64,000 nucleotides of DNA. Source: an uncultured virus (IMG/VR IMGVR_UViG_3300020576_005736) (taxonomy: Duplodnaviria; Heunggongvirae; Uroviricota; Caudoviricetes). Location: IMG/VR virus record IMGVR_UViG_3300020576_005736; one strand, given 5' to 3'. Shown in pieces: positions 9,145 through 20,500 of the stretch; position 1 is the stretch's first letter, and each line of letters opens with the position of its first letter. The translations under genes were made by a program, and so were the position numbers. Below the pieces are notes generated by a model that searched no databases, was not told the origin of the DNA, and saw only the letters and a program-made list of their open reading frames with translations.

Positions 9145-11919
9145 ATGACTGATCTTAACATGTTCATCCCAATCACCAAGGTAGACGAGGAGAAACGTCT
9201 CGTCTACGGAGTTGTGACTGCAGAATCCCCCGATAAGTCGGGGGAGATCTGCGACTATGAGTCAACAGTTCCTCATTACAAGTCATGGTCGGCTGAGTTC
9301 GCGAAGGTGACGGATGGCAAGAGCCTCGGCAACATTCGTGCTATGCACGGAAAGGTTGCTGTTGGGAAAGCCATTGATCTCACGTTCGACGACGAAAATA
9401 AGCGCATCATGGTGTGTGCGAAGATCGTCGACGACAACGAGTGGAAGAAGTGCCTCGACGGCGTATACACTGGGTTCTCCCAGGGTGGATCTTACGTCAA
9501 GCGTTGGGATGATTCGGACGATCCAGCGCTGAAGAGATACACGGCCAAGCCGACGGAGATTTCTCTCGTTGACGTTCCCTGTCTTCCGATTGCGACGTTC
9601 GAGTATGTCAAGTCTGACGGTTCTGTCGAGATGAGAAAGTTCCATGCTCTCGAGAGTGTGGAGAACCTCGTCAAGATGGACATTGTCACTGTTGCGCATG
9701 GAGTTGCTGTTCTCAAGGGACAGCCCTCCTCGCAGTGGACTGACTTCGTGACAGAGGTCTGCGACACCTTTCTCGCACAAGATGTGGAGGAGGTCGTCGA
9801 GAAATACTCTGACGAGCAGTCTCGCGATGACAAGGGTCGCTGGACCTCCAGTCTTGCTGGGCAGGTCGCTGGCGGCGTGACAGGTGTAGTTGTTGGTCGG
9901 AAGATTGGACAGACTATTGGCTCGTATGCCGGAGGTTTCGCTGGCTCTGTCGCAGGAACAGCGAGCACTGTAAATCCTCTCGGTGGTCTGGCTGGAAGTC
10001 TGGTCGGGAGCGAGGTTGGATCTACTGTTGGTGGCGCGATTGGTGCTGCTGTCGGTGGTGTCGTCGGAGCTCATGCTGGTGGCCGAATTCTCGCTACTGA
10101 TGAGAAGAAGAAGAAAGAGGAGAAAAAGAAAGCTGCGCTCGCTGCTGCCAAGGAATCCACTGCAAAGAAGATTGCTGATGCGATCGTCGACGCGAAGGAC
10201 TCCTTGAAGATTGACAAGGCTTTCTGGAATGAAGCTCTTCATCCACGAGATGCAAGCGGAAAGTTCGGATCAGGTGGAGGTAGTGCAAAAGCCTCCATCT
10301 TGGGACGAGCAACCAAGGCTGCACTCTCTGGTGCTGCTTCTCTTCTCACATCTGCGAGTAAGAGCGATCTGGCTGTGTCTGCCGTCAAGGCGGTAGTTGG
10401 CTATGCCATCAAGACCGCGATTGCCGAGGCGATCGCCCACTCTTTCGTCTCTGGTCTGAAGTGGGCAGGTGTCCAAGTTTCTGACACGACAGCGACTCTT
10501 ATCCGTACTGTGGTTGGAGTTGCTACGCACGCTACCAAGTCTGCCAGTAGCGAGGACGACAAAAAGGTACTGGCAGCAGCGGCGAGGGATCTTCCCGACG
10601 TCGTCAACCTCGTCTGTGACACCATCAAGAGCCAGGTGGTTGGATCAGACGAAATCTCTGACACGACGAAGAAGGAAATTCTTGCGGCGATCGAAGATAA
10701 CCGCCAGAATTACCTGAGCAATGTGTCAAATCTTGGAAAAAGTCACGACGAGGGTCAAACAATGACGAAAGACGCAACACCTATGGTCACGAACGATCAG
10801 GTCATCGAGAAGGCCAACGAGCTTGCGGAAGCTGCTGGTGATCCGATGGCCTGGCCTACACACATCGAAGCCGCTCGCGACGCGCTGGAAAAGGCGGCGG
10901 CGGGCGGTAACGCGCCGGGCGCGGCGACAGAGCTCTCTGCAACTACGTCGACTGAACCTACTGTCGAGAAGAAGGCGGATGCTGAGGCTTCTCAGACGGA
11001 AGTGATCAAGAAGAAGGCGGATACCGAACCTCAGAAAGATGCTGAGGACATGGGTGTTCGACAGGTGTGGCTGGCCAAAGATGGCTCGACTCACCAGAAG
11101 AAAGCTGATGCTCTCGCGAAGAACGCTCAGATCGAAACAAACAAGACCAAGTCTCCAATCGAAGCTGCTCTCAGCAAGATTGACGCCGTACTGAAGCCCA
11201 CCGAGGGTCAGACCTCGGAGGTCACCGAGAAGGCTGCTGCGATCGCTGAGCTTCGCAAGTATCTCGGCGAAGAAGTCTACGATGCATCCCTTGCGGTCAG
11301 CGCTCTCTCCCAGATCTTCGGTCTTCTACGTAGTGAGATCGCAGAGGCTGAGAGTAATCCGGAGCAAGTCAGTGCTCTTCAGGACTCTGCCAATCGTCTC
11401 AATGACTTCATCGTCTCTGAGATTCAGGAGGACAACTCCAGCGTCATGGCGATGGCTGCGAAGATGGGTGATCTTGCCAAGTCTCTGGAGAAGTCTGGGG
11501 CCAGGCATAGTGCTCAGGACTTTGCCTACATCCAGCAGATTCACGATATCTGCTGTAGTCTTGGTCACGACTGCGGGGATGCGAGCGCGGAGAAGTCCGA
11601 GCAGACTGGTGGCCTCTCCAAGGTCACTGCTGAGAACGAGACCCTGAAGAAGACCATCGCTGATCTTGCTCCTCGTCTGGAGGAGATCAGTATCCTGGTA
11701 AAAGCCCAGGCTGACGAGATCACTGCTCTCAAGAAGCAGCCAGTTCCTCCCCCGGTGCTGCGTGCTGTCAACAAGGGCGGTGATGTGGTCTTCTCTGCCG
11801 GCGATGCCGTCGATGAGGATCTGACCAAGAAACTCGCGGCGCTTTCTCCTGAGCAGAAGGCTGAACTCTTCGTTAAGTTGTCTCAGCAGAACCCTCTGAA
11901 CATGATTCAGAAGGGCTGA
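9145..11919 (+). CDS. prohead protease/scaffold (XkdF/HK97-like N-terminal domain) with large insert
   Basis: ITKVDEEKRLVYG, RAMH, YTGFSQGG, EISLVDVPC motifs; coiled-coil C-terminus. Confidence 0.8.
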   Translation: MTDLNMFIPITKVDEEKRLVYGVVTAESPDKSGEICDYESTVPHYKSWSAEFAKVTDGKSLGNIRAMHGKVAVGKAIDLTFDDENKRIMVCAKIVDDNEWKKCLDGVYTGFSQGGSYVKRWDDSDDPALKRYTAKPTEISLVDVPCLPIATFEYVKSDGSVEMRKFHALESVENLVKMDIVTVAHGVAVLKGQPSSQWTDFVTEVCDTFLAQDVEEVVEKYSDEQSRDDKGRWTSSLAGQVAGGVTGVVVGRKIGQTIGSYAGGFAGSVAGTASTVNPLGGLAGSLVGSEVGSTVGGAIGAAVGGVVGAHAGGRILATDEKKKKEEKKKAALAAAKESTAKKIADAIVDAKDSLKIDKAFWNEALHPRDASGKFGSGGGSAKASILGRATKAALSGAASLLTSASKSDLAVSAVKAVVGYAIKTAIAEAIAHSFVSGLKWAGVQVSDTTATLIRTVVGVATHATKSASSEDDKKVLAAAARDLPDVVNLVCDTIKSQVVGSDEISDTTKKEILAAIEDNRQNYLSNVSNLGKSHDEGQTMTKDATPMVTNDQVIEKANELAEAAGDPMAWPTHIEAARDALEKAAAGGNAPGAATELSATTSTEPTVEKKADAEASQTEVIKKKADTEPQKDAEDMGVRQVWLAKDGSTHQKKADALAKNAQIETNKTKSPIEAALSKIDAVLKPTEGQTSEVTEKAAAIAELRKYLGEEVYDASLAVSALSQIFGLLRSEIAEAESNPEQVSALQDSANRLNDFIVSEIQEDNSSVMAMAAKMGDLAKSLEKSGARHSAQDFAYIQQIHDICCSLGHDCGDASAEKSEQTGGLSKVTAENETLKKTIADLAPRLEEISILVKAQADEITALKKQPVPPPVLRAVNKGGDVVFSAGDAVDEDLTKKLAALSPEQKAELFVKLSQQNPLNMIQKG

Positions 11920-11933
11920 GTCAGGTAAGAATT

Positions 11934-11980
11934 ACTGACCGGGGACGGTCAGTTCATCATTGGAGTCGGGGACGATTCCA
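11934..11980 (+). promoter_or_regulatory. tandem hairpins with identical GGGGAC loops upstream of the capsid gene
   Basis: ACTGACC-GGGGAC-GGTCAGT and TGGAGTC-GGGGAC-GATTCCA. Confidence 0.55.
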
Positions 11981-12018
11981 CAGTCTGTAACCATCCATTC
12001 CAACAGTGAGAATGAACA

Positions 12019-13524
12019 ATGTCCACCAATGTTAATGAAATTCTGCAGGCCATCTCCAAGGCTCAGCAGACCCCCATCGAAGATCCGATCCTGAAGAACC
12101 TTGGCCTTGCGAAGTCTACGTTCTCTCAGCCGGGCAGTGCGACGACCGGCCTCAACTACTATGACCTCGAGCTTGGTGCCAAGTTCCTCGTCCCTGTTCT
12201 GACGCCTCTCCGCAACGAGATTCCGCGTGTCTCTGGCAAGGGCGGTATCCAGGCCAACTGGCGCGCGATCACCGGTATCAATACCACAGGTCTTCGCATC
12301 GGCGTGTCCGGTGGTAATCGTGGTGCCGTCATGAGTGTTGCGACTCGGGACTACGTGGCCGCGTACAAGGGTATCGGTCTCGAGTCCAGTGTGGACTTCG
12401 AAGCGCAGTACGCTGCGAACGGCTTCGATGATCTTCGCTCTCAGGCCGGCCTGCGTGGCCTTCAGGCGACTATGATCGGCGAAGAACTCGTCATCCTCGG
12501 TGGTAACGGCTCGCTGTCTCTCGGCACAACTGGTACGCCGACACTCTCTGGCTCCACGACCGGGGGTACACTCGCTGCTGCCACATGGTCGGTGATCTGC
12601 GTTGCACTGTCGCTCGATGCTGTGGTCAATGGCTCTGTCGCCAGTGGTATTCAGGCTTCGATCACTCGCACCAACGCTGATGGTACGTCTGACACCTTTG
12701 GTGGCGGTGCTGCCCAGAAATCGGCCAGTGCGACTGTTGTCACCACTGGATCGACAGGCTCGATCACTGCGTCGGTGGCGGTCAAAACCGGCGCGGCGGG
12801 TTACGCTTGGTTCTGGGGTGCGGCGGGTTCGGAAGTTCTCGGCGCCATCACGACCATCAACTCGGTATCGATCACTGCGACTGCGGCCGGTACGCAAACT
12901 GCTGCGTCACTGCCTGCGGCCGACAACTCCACCAACAACCTGATCTTCGACGGTCTTCTGACTATTGCTCAGAAGGGTCTCGGCTCCTACGTTGCTCAGC
13001 AGCCCACGGGCACTGCTGGCGTTGGAACTCCGCTGACTTCGGATGGTGCAGGTGGTATTGTCGAGATCGATGCTGCCCTCAAGTGGTTCTGGGACAACCT
13101 GCGACTTTCGCCCAGCACTATTTGGGTGAACTCTCAGGAAGCTATGAACATCTCGCGCAAGATCCTGGCCGGTTCGGCCAATGCGGCTCAGCGTTTCGTG
13201 TTCAATGCAGTCCAGGATGCCATCGGTGGTGGTATCATGGTTCGGACGTACCTGAATCGCTTTTCGATGGGTGGTGCTCAGACAATCGATGTCCGGGTCC
13301 ATCCGAACATGCCTGCCGGCACGATTCTGTTCGACACCACCTCGATCCCGTATCCTCTCTCTGGAGTCGGCAACGTGCGCCAGATTCGCGCTCGTCAGGA
13401 CTACTACCAGATTGAGTGGCCTCTTCGTAGCCGTCGCTATGAGTATGGTGTCTACGCTGACGAGGTGCTCCAGCACTACTTCCCGCCGTCTCTCGGCGTG
13501 ATTACGAACATCGGCAACGGCTAA
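12019..13524 (+). CDS. major capsid protein
   Basis: Position after the protease; YDLE..AK.L.P..TPLRN.IPRV motif; central beta-rich insertion; strongly biased codons. Confidence 0.8.
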   Translation: MSTNVNEILQAISKAQQTPIEDPILKNLGLAKSTFSQPGSATTGLNYYDLELGAKFLVPVLTPLRNEIPRVSGKGGIQANWRAITGINTTGLRIGVSGGNRGAVMSVATRDYVAAYKGIGLESSVDFEAQYAANGFDDLRSQAGLRGLQATMIGEELVILGGNGSLSLGTTGTPTLSGSTTGGTLAAATWSVICVALSLDAVVNGSVASGIQASITRTNADGTSDTFGGGAAQKSASATVVTTGSTGSITASVAVKTGAAGYAWFWGAAGSEVLGAITTINSVSITATAAGTQTAASLPAADNSTNNLIFDGLLTIAQKGLGSYVAQQPTGTAGVGTPLTSDGAGGIVEIDAALKWFWDNLRLSPSTIWVNSQEAMNISRKILAGSANAAQRFVFNAVQDAIGGGIMVRTYLNRFSMGGAQTIDVRVHPNMPAGTILFDTTSIPYPLSGVGNVRQIRARQDYYQIEWPLRSRRYEYGVYADEVLQHYFPPSLGVITNIGNG

Positions 13525-13644
13525 GTCGCCACTGTCGACCTGATGTTGCGCTGAGGTTTCTCTCCTCGGCCTCATCGCGACCGGGGGATGGTGCTCGGCA
13601 CACTGTCCCCCGACATCTTCTTAATCTCAGTAGGAGAGATCTCA

Positions 13645-14088
13645 ATGACGAAGGTTAGCATGATCGCGCCTAAGGGTGCTTCTGGTATGTCGATCGAGGG
13701 TATTCGGATCGACGTAATCGACGGTGTCGCTCTAGTCGATGCACAGTACGTGGATCTGATGCGCTCTCACGGATTCAGCACTGAGGATGGTCCTCTGGTT
13801 ACTGGATCTCGAGCTGAGCTCATCCAGATGATCGCCATCCCTGCTCGTGCTGTCGCTGAGTCGCTCTCCGACGACGAGCTTCGTGCCTTCTCGGCTCTCT
13901 CGGAAGAGAAGAAGGTGGAATTCTGGGAGGGTCTCAAGACAGGAATTCAGAAGTATCCTGAGGTTGTCGAGACACAGAAGATCAACTCGGCGAAGGCTGA
14001 TGCTGAGGCTGCTGCGAAGCTCAAGGCTGACGCCGAGGCTGCTGCGAAGCTCAAGACCGCTGAGGTCGCTGTCTCGGTCAAGAAGTAA
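13645..14088 (+). CDS. hypothetical head-associated protein
   Basis: AGGAG RBS; KADAEAAAKLK repeat. Confidence 0.6.
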   Translation: MTKVSMIAPKGASGMSIEGIRIDVIDGVALVDAQYVDLMRSHGFSTEDGPLVTGSRAELIQMIAIPARAVAESLSDDELRAFSALSEEKKVEFWEGLKTGIQKYPEVVETQKINSAKADAEAAAKLKADAEAAAKLKTAEVAVSVKK

Positions 14089-14099
14089 GGTGAACTACC

Positions 14100-14909
14100 A
14101 TGGCGCAGGCTGATCTGGTATCTCTCGAGAATGCGAAGTCTTGGCTGAGCATCACCACAGCCGACACTGCACGCGACGCTGCTCTGTCGCGACTGATTAC
14201 ACAGATCAGCCGCGCCATTCACAATACTCTCAACCGTCAGTCACTTCTCCCAAGACTGGTCACGGAGACCTACGATGGGAATGGTCAGACGAGAATCCTG
14301 CTCAGAAACTGGCCAGCTGTCTCCGTGACCAGCTTGAGTATTGACGGTGTCCTTGTTCCCGCTTCTACAAGTGTGTTCATGATGGGGTACGTGCTCGAGC
14401 CTCCGGACGTAGAACCTCCTGGCAGCATGCAGTATCTCACTCTTCGAGGGAAGAAATTCTCGAAGGGCGAGTCAAATATTCAAGTCTCCTACACTGCAGG
14501 CTACCTCGTCTCTGGCGAAGCTGCCGTGATCCCGGTCTCCCCTCATATCACGACCCAAAATCCCTATGGTGCATGGGCATGTGACTATCAGGTTCAGTTC
14601 ACTGATGGCACTGCGCTGACTGCTGTGGAGTCTACTCCGCAAGTTAGCCAGTATTCTGTGTCCAATGGCGTGTACACGTTTGCTGATGAGAATGCTGGAA
14701 GAGACGTTCTCCTCTTCTACGGATTTGTTCCAGCGGATCTTGCACAGATAGCACTGGAGTGGATTGCGTACAGGTGGGCCTCGAAAGACAGAATTGGGCA
14801 GACGTCCAAGAGTATCGGTGGTCAGGAGACTGTTGCATACACTAACGAGGCCATTCCCGTATTCGTGGCTCAGGGTCTACAGAACTTCAAGAGGGTCATT
14901 CCATGCTGA
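14100..14909 (+). CDS. head-tail connector/adaptor
   Basis: DLVSLENAKSWL, V.YTAGY, P.DL..IALE motifs. Confidence 0.75.
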   Translation: MAQADLVSLENAKSWLSITTADTARDAALSRLITQISRAIHNTLNRQSLLPRLVTETYDGNGQTRILLRNWPAVSVTSLSIDGVLVPASTSVFMMGYVLEPPDVEPPGSMQYLTLRGKKFSKGESNIQVSYTAGYLVSGEAAVIPVSPHITTQNPYGAWACDYQVQFTDGTALTAVESTPQVSQYSVSNGVYTFADENAGRDVLLFYGFVPADLAQIALEWIAYRWASKDRIGQTSKSIGGQETVAYTNEAIPVFVAQGLQNFKRVIPC

Positions 14910-15394
14910 GAGTTGACTTCAGCATAACTGGTGCAGACGATCTGGATCGTCGACTCGACGAACTGCCAGAACATCTTCACCGAAGTCTGCGCGCGAAAGT
15001 CCACGCGCTGACCTTGATGCTGGAAGCCCACATAAAGCAAGACAAGCTCAGTGGGCAAGTTCTCAAGACTCAATCTGGTCGCCTGAAGAGGTCTATCCAA
15101 TCCAAGGTGACGGACAATGGAGAGGTGATCCGAGGGACAGTCTTCTCCTCTGGTGATGTTCCATATGCAGGAATCCACGAGTTTGGTGGTCGCACTTCAC
15201 CACACCTCATCTCCCCGGTCAAGGCGCAGGCCCTCGCGTTCATGTATAATGGGAAGATGACCTTTGCAAAGCTGGTTCGACATCCTGGGTCCAAGATGCC
15301 GGAGAGGAGCTTCATGCGATCTGGACTTAGCGACATGAAGAATCGTATTGTCACAGAAATGGCTGAAGCTGTCAGAGGAGCACTCAGAGAATGA
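14903..15394 (+). CDS. virion morphogenesis / neck protein (HK97 gp10-like)
   Basis: SGRLKRSI, YAGIHEFGG, HPGSKMPERSFM. Confidence 0.75.
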   Translation: MLRVDFSITGADDLDRRLDELPEHLHRSLRAKVHALTLMLEAHIKQDKLSGQVLKTQSGRLKRSIQSKVTDNGEVIRGTVFSSGDVPYAGIHEFGGRTSPHLISPVKAQALAFMYNGKMTFAKLVRHPGSKMPERSFMRSGLSDMKNRIVTEMAEAVRGALRE

Positions 15395-15855
15395 CGATCT
15401 CCAGCAGTAGAGAGGCAGTTCTGTCTGCTCTCTTCGCGAAGTTCTCATCAGTTGTATTCTCCTCCTCTGTTAGAGGACATACTGGATTTGCCACCGTGTC
15501 ACGAAGGCTGAAGCACTGGAGTGATGTTCCAAAGTCAGAGAGACCTGCGATGTTCATGGTGTGTCACGGAGAGACACCCACGTACAGAGCAGAAAACATG
15601 CCTGCATACCTCAAGTTTAGCATCAAGCTCTTCATCTATATCGATGGAAGCGACAAGTCGAGCGTTCCCGACACTGACATCAGCGTGATTCTCGATGCAG
15701 TTGACGCAGCCCTGAAGCCTGGACCGGGGGAGCAGCGTCTGAGTCTCGGAGGTCTTGTCTCCCACTGTAGGGTTGACGGAGACGTTCTGAGGGATCCAGG
15801 TGACATGGACGATGACGGAATCATCATCGTTCCTATCTCAGTATCAACAACGTGA
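15391..15855 (+). CDS. tail terminator-like protein
   Basis: SREAVLSAL start, LGGLV motif, synteny. Confidence 0.6.
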   Translation: MTISSSREAVLSALFAKFSSVVFSSSVRGHTGFATVSRRLKHWSDVPKSERPAMFMVCHGETPTYRAENMPAYLKFSIKLFIYIDGSDKSSVPDTDISVILDAVDAALKPGPGEQRLSLGGLVSHCRVDGDVLRDPGDMDDDGIIIVPISVSTT

Positions 15856-15862
15856 GGACCCC

Positions 15863-16165
15863 ATGACCGACGGCACACAGACGGTAGAACGCGGCGCGGC
15901 GGGTAAGGGCGCGGCGGTAGCCGCTCCAGAGCCCTCCACAGCCCCTCCAGCGGCCTCGAATAACCCGCCCGGTAGGTTAGTAGCGGCGGGGGCTTCGCCG
16001 CCTTCTACAGCTTTCCCAGCGGCTCCAGAGCCGGACGAGATCGACGTTATTGTTGATCGCTGGTTCTCTGTTACCTTCCCAGGATCTCCGGTTGCTCAGA
16101 CGACTGAGCAGTGGAACTTCCTGCACAGCGCAAAGGAGGAGTTGAAGAAGCTTCTTCCTCGGTAA
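15863..16165 (+). CDS. hypothetical protein (carries a dispersed repeat copy)
   Basis: GAGG RBS; Ala/Pro-rich N-half is encoded by the repeat. Confidence 0.55.
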   Translation: MTDGTQTVERGAAGKGAAVAAPEPSTAPPAASNNPPGRLVAAGASPPSTAFPAAPEPDEIDVIVDRWFSVTFPGSPVAQTTEQWNFLHSAKEELKKLLPR

Positions 16166-16200
16166 CTGTGCTCAACCCTCTCGAACTGGAGATATAGAAT

Positions 16201-16950
16201 ATGACCACTCCTCTTGACGCCTTTGGCCCTGGTATCATCGTCGTCACTCGTACGGACGTTGCCAACTCGACTCCGATCAACATCGGATACGCTCAGGAAT
16301 TTGCTCCTGAGTTCTCTGGCAACATCAAGGAGCTCTATGGTCAGAACCAGCTGCCCATTGATGCTGCTCGTGGTACAGTGAAGGTCACCGGCAAGATCAA
16401 GGCGGCTGTGCTGTCCGGTCTGGCTTGGAACACTGCCTTCTTCGGTAACACGTTCACCACTGGTGGTATCCAGTGGAACGTGAACGAGGCCAAGACCATT
16501 CCGACCACTCCCTTCCAGGTCACTGTGAACAACGGTGCTAAGTTCGATCAGGATCTGGGTGTTGTGGATGCCACCACTGGTCTTCCCTATGTCAAGGTCG
16601 CGTCTGGTCCGGCTACTGGTCAGTATTCTGGCCCGACGGCTCTCGGTGTCTACACCTTCGCGGCCGCAGACACCGGCAAGGCCGTGCTGATCACCTATTC
16701 GTCGACCGTGACGACTGGGCAGCAGCTGACTCTCGCGAACACACTGCTCGGCGCAGCTCCGACGTTCCAGCTGGACTACTACACGATGCGACAGAACAAG
16801 GCGTTCATCGCTCGGTTCTATCAGTGTCAGTCTGCGAAGATCTCCATGGCTTCGAAACTCGAGGACTTCATGATGCCGGAGTTCGAGGTGCACATGTTCG
16901 CCGATGCGGCGGGCAACCTCGGCAAGCTCTACTTCCCTGAGATCTCGTAA
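16201..16950 (+). CDS. major tail tube protein
   Basis: Synteny; AFGPG start, KELYGQNQ.P, GQY...GVYTFAAAD. Confidence 0.75.
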   Translation: MTTPLDAFGPGIIVVTRTDVANSTPINIGYAQEFAPEFSGNIKELYGQNQLPIDAARGTVKVTGKIKAAVLSGLAWNTAFFGNTFTTGGIQWNVNEAKTIPTTPFQVTVNNGAKFDQDLGVVDATTGLPYVKVASGPATGQYSGPTALGVYTFAAADTGKAVLITYSSTVTTGQQLTLANTLLGAAPTFQLDYYTMRQNKAFIARFYQCQSAKISMASKLEDFMMPEFEVHMFADAAGNLGKLYFPEIS

Positions 16951-16984
16951 TATTCGCAGCACAATATCAAAGAGGAGAGATCAT

Positions 16985-17290
16985 ATGCGACCGGACCCTG
17001 TAGTCCTGATTATCGAGAATGTAGAGTACCTCATTCGTCCACTCACACTTCGCCAAGTTCGGGAGGTGGACAAGATCCTCCGAGACACAAGTCTCGGGGA
17101 GGTGGACAAGATCCTGGAAATCGTGCGTATTGCACTGTCCCGGGATCATGCTGAGCGTGCAGCAAGTCTCTACGATGCTGAGGTGTCCCTAGTGGATCTT
17201 GGACCAATGTGCGAACTGGTCCTGAAGGTAGGAGGGATGGTTGTCACCACAGGGGGAAACGAAGCTCAGATCAGAATCCCTGGAACCTGA
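16985..17290 (+). CDS. tail assembly chaperone
   Basis: Between tube and tape measure genes; IRPLTL motif; GAGGAG RBS. Confidence 0.7.
   Translation: MRPDPVVLIIENVEYLIRPLTLRQVREVDKILRDTSLGEVDKILEIVRIALSRDHAERAASLYDAEVSLVDLGPMCELVLKVGGMVVTTGGNEAQIRIPGT
17254..17260 (+). other. putative -1 frameshift site G GGA AAC giving the extended chaperone (to 17562)
   Basis: XXXYYYZ heptamer in frame; ORF 17209..17562 is in the -1 frame, as for lambda gpG/gpGT. Confidence 0.7.
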
Positions 17291-17551
17291 TCTACGGAAA
17301 ACTGATGTGCGAAGGGCGATCATTCGAACAAATCGACGACATGACGCTCTTCGACATCATGATGATGCGTGAATACAGGGAAGAGAATCCCTCAACAGAC
17401 AGCCTCGTAGCTGCTATTGCACAGTGGTGCGGAGTATATAAGCCCTCGACTAGCTCGAGGGCAGCTCCCATCGACCGTGCACCAGATCCACGAGACAGTA
17501 TCCGCAAGGCTTTTGCTGGCGTAAACCTGAAGAACATTGAAGGAGCTCCTC

Positions 17552-20500
17552 ATGTCCTCTGACGTGCATGTCTCGTTTGACGGAGACACGCGAGCACTCC
17601 GTGAGCAAGTGGATGCTGCTCGCAGATCTGTCGCCGAGGCTCTCGGCAAGATGAAAGACAGTGCAGAAACAGCAAACCCCGCTATTGCTCAACTGCAGAG
17701 AAGCCTTGACAAATTGTCTGAGTCCTCGGAGAGAACTGCAGAATCAACGTCCACACTTCTGACGTATCAGAACTGGGCTTTTGTCCTGTCTGTTGCATCT
17801 GCAGCAACTACAGTGATGACCAGTACAGTTCGAGGGCTCTACAGTGGTACTACTATTGCGGCTGGGGGGATTGCGGCTGCTGCAACAAAGACAGCAGATC
17901 TGACATCTGAGATGCTTGCGTACACTCGGTCTCAGGCGTATCTTGCGCAGTATCTACCGGTCGTGAGAGTGGAGAATGACGGACTGATAGCGTCGATTGG
18001 TCGTGCATCCATCGCGTGGAATAGCTACTGGAAGTCCGTGGAGATCGTGAAGTCCGGTCTTCTTGGTACGGTGGGAAGTGCTGTCGCAGCGTCGGGAGGT
18101 ATGGAACGACTCAGCAATACCGCTCGTCAGAGCAATTTTGACAATGCAACGCGGGCAATCCAGGCGTACCTCGATCAACTCTTCCGTATTCCAAGCATGA
18201 CAAATGAGGCTGCATCATCCATTGTTGCCTCTTTTAGTAGTATTCCTAATTCATCTGCCCAGATGATACAGGTTCTTGTCGACGTGACGGCTCAGCTGTC
18301 CACCAGCAAGGAGCAGGCTCAGAGCCTTGCTGAACAGCTGACCCGTGCCATGTCGGATCCAGCGACTAGCGGAGAGGCATTTCTAACGAGTCAGAAGGAC
18401 ATCACGGCTGAGCTCCTGAAGCAGTTTGACGCAGCAAAGCGCAGCGGCAACGTGAGCGAAATGCAGTCCGCCATTCTTCAGGAGATGATCGTCAAAGAGC
18501 GATCGATGTTGGATGAGAAGACGAGAGCTCTCAGGGAGCAACTGAAGACTCTTTCTGAGATAGGACTGCTCGGTCGAGTACTGTCAGGATCGTACAAGAC
18601 GCAGGTTGAGGAAGCAAACAAGGCGCTGGATGCAATCAACAAACAGGTAACTGCTCTTGACGCAGCGTCCGCGCGACTTCGGCAGATGCCCACTGATATG
18701 AACCAGGCGGCTCTTGCCGCCAGGGGCATTGTGAACGAACTATCCCCGCTCACGTCGCAGCTTGAATCGATCAATGGCAAGCTCTCAACAATGAGGCAGG
18801 TATTCGGTGGATTTGGTGGTAACTTGAAGGGGACAACCGGGGATGTAAAGGAGTTAATCGCCCAATTTGAAGGTTTCAGAGAAAAGGCGTACTGGGATAA
18901 GAATGCATTTCGCGTTGGATACGGATCTGACACGACCACTCGTGCTGACGGAAGAGTTGAGCGGGTCACACAAGACACCATCGTCAGTCGTGAAGATGCT
19001 GAGCGCGATCTTGCTCGTCGTGTTGTTGAGTTCCAGAACGAGGCTGCTGCTAAGATTGGAGCGTCCTGGGATGGTCTCTCTGACAGAGCGAAGGCGTCGA
19101 TCACGTCCGTCGTCTATAACTACGGATCCACCTCCCCGGCTCTCGATAAGATGTACACGGCAGCTGGGACTGGTAGCGACAAACTCATTGCTGATGCTAT
19201 CCGTGAACTGAAGGCAAATCCTGATCGTCGGTACCAGGAGGCTGCGAACATCACTAATTCTCAACCAGGAGCCACATTGGCCTCTGGAATCCCAGCTACG
19301 CCTGCTGACATTGAGGCGATGGCACGTCTGAAGGACAATGCGCAAGGGGTTGCTGATGCTCTTCGCGGCGGTAATGAGGTTGCCCAGGCCCAGGCCCAGA
19401 TTCTGTCGCGTAATGCGGCCGGTCAGAAGGACTCGGTTCGTGATGCACAACAGCTTGTTGAGGCATGGAAGACAGACCTGGCGAACTCAAGCACTGCCAG
19501 TGCTCGACTCCAGATGCAGAACGGGTTGCGTGCTGCGCAAGTCTCTCTCGCGGAGAAGCTTCTTGAGGTTGACAAATCCAAGCTCGCTGTTTCTGGTGTA
19601 GATGATACCACGGCGAAGGAGAAGCTGGCGACTGCAAAGAAGATGTACGACATAGAGATGCGGGCAGCTGGTGATGACGTGGCGCTAAAGAATGCGGCAC
19701 TAGCGAAGAAGAAGTCTGCTGAGCAGTCCTATGAGACAGAGATAACAAAGATCGCCAAAGAAGCTGAGGATGTGAAGTACGCAATTGCTCAGGCTGGTCT
19801 GGAACAGAGAAAGGCGAAGCTGAGGGAGGACAAGGACCATCACATCATCAACGCTCAGCAGAAATTGGCTGCGGAGCTTCAGATAGAGGCTGAGCAGACA
19901 AGACTTGAGCAATCACACTATCAGAAGATCAAGAGCCTCGAGGAAGAAGGAACAGCTGAGTATCGTGCTGCTCAGAACAAGATGACCCTGATCGCGGCAG
20001 AGTCGGCAGCGAGGCGTCAGCAAATACTCTCTCAGGATGCGCGCAACATCCAGAGGAGTTACGATCGCGTGTTCAACCAGATTGGATCTACACTTACCTC
20101 ATCTATCATGGGGATGATCCAGGGAACATCAACCATTCGACAACTGTTCCAGAACCTGGCTCTACAAATTGTCCAGCTCTTCGTAAAGGCCGGGGTGGAC
20201 ATGGTGATGACATGGGGAGCAACCCAGGCCAGAATGCTGATGCAGACCGTGACTGGTCAGGCGAGTCAGACAGCTGCGGTTACAGCCGGAGCATCAGCTA
20301 AGGTGGCTGCCCAGACAACCGGAGCGGTCACTGGAGCTGCTGTGGAGAAGACTGCAGCTCTCACCACGATTTCTACTGATGCTGCAAAGGCCGCTGCTGG
20401 TGCCTATTCATCCGTTGTTGGTATCCCGATCATTGGTCCAGTACTCGCTCCAGCTGCTGCTGCTGTTGCTTATGGTGCAGTGGCTGCATTCGGATCGTTC

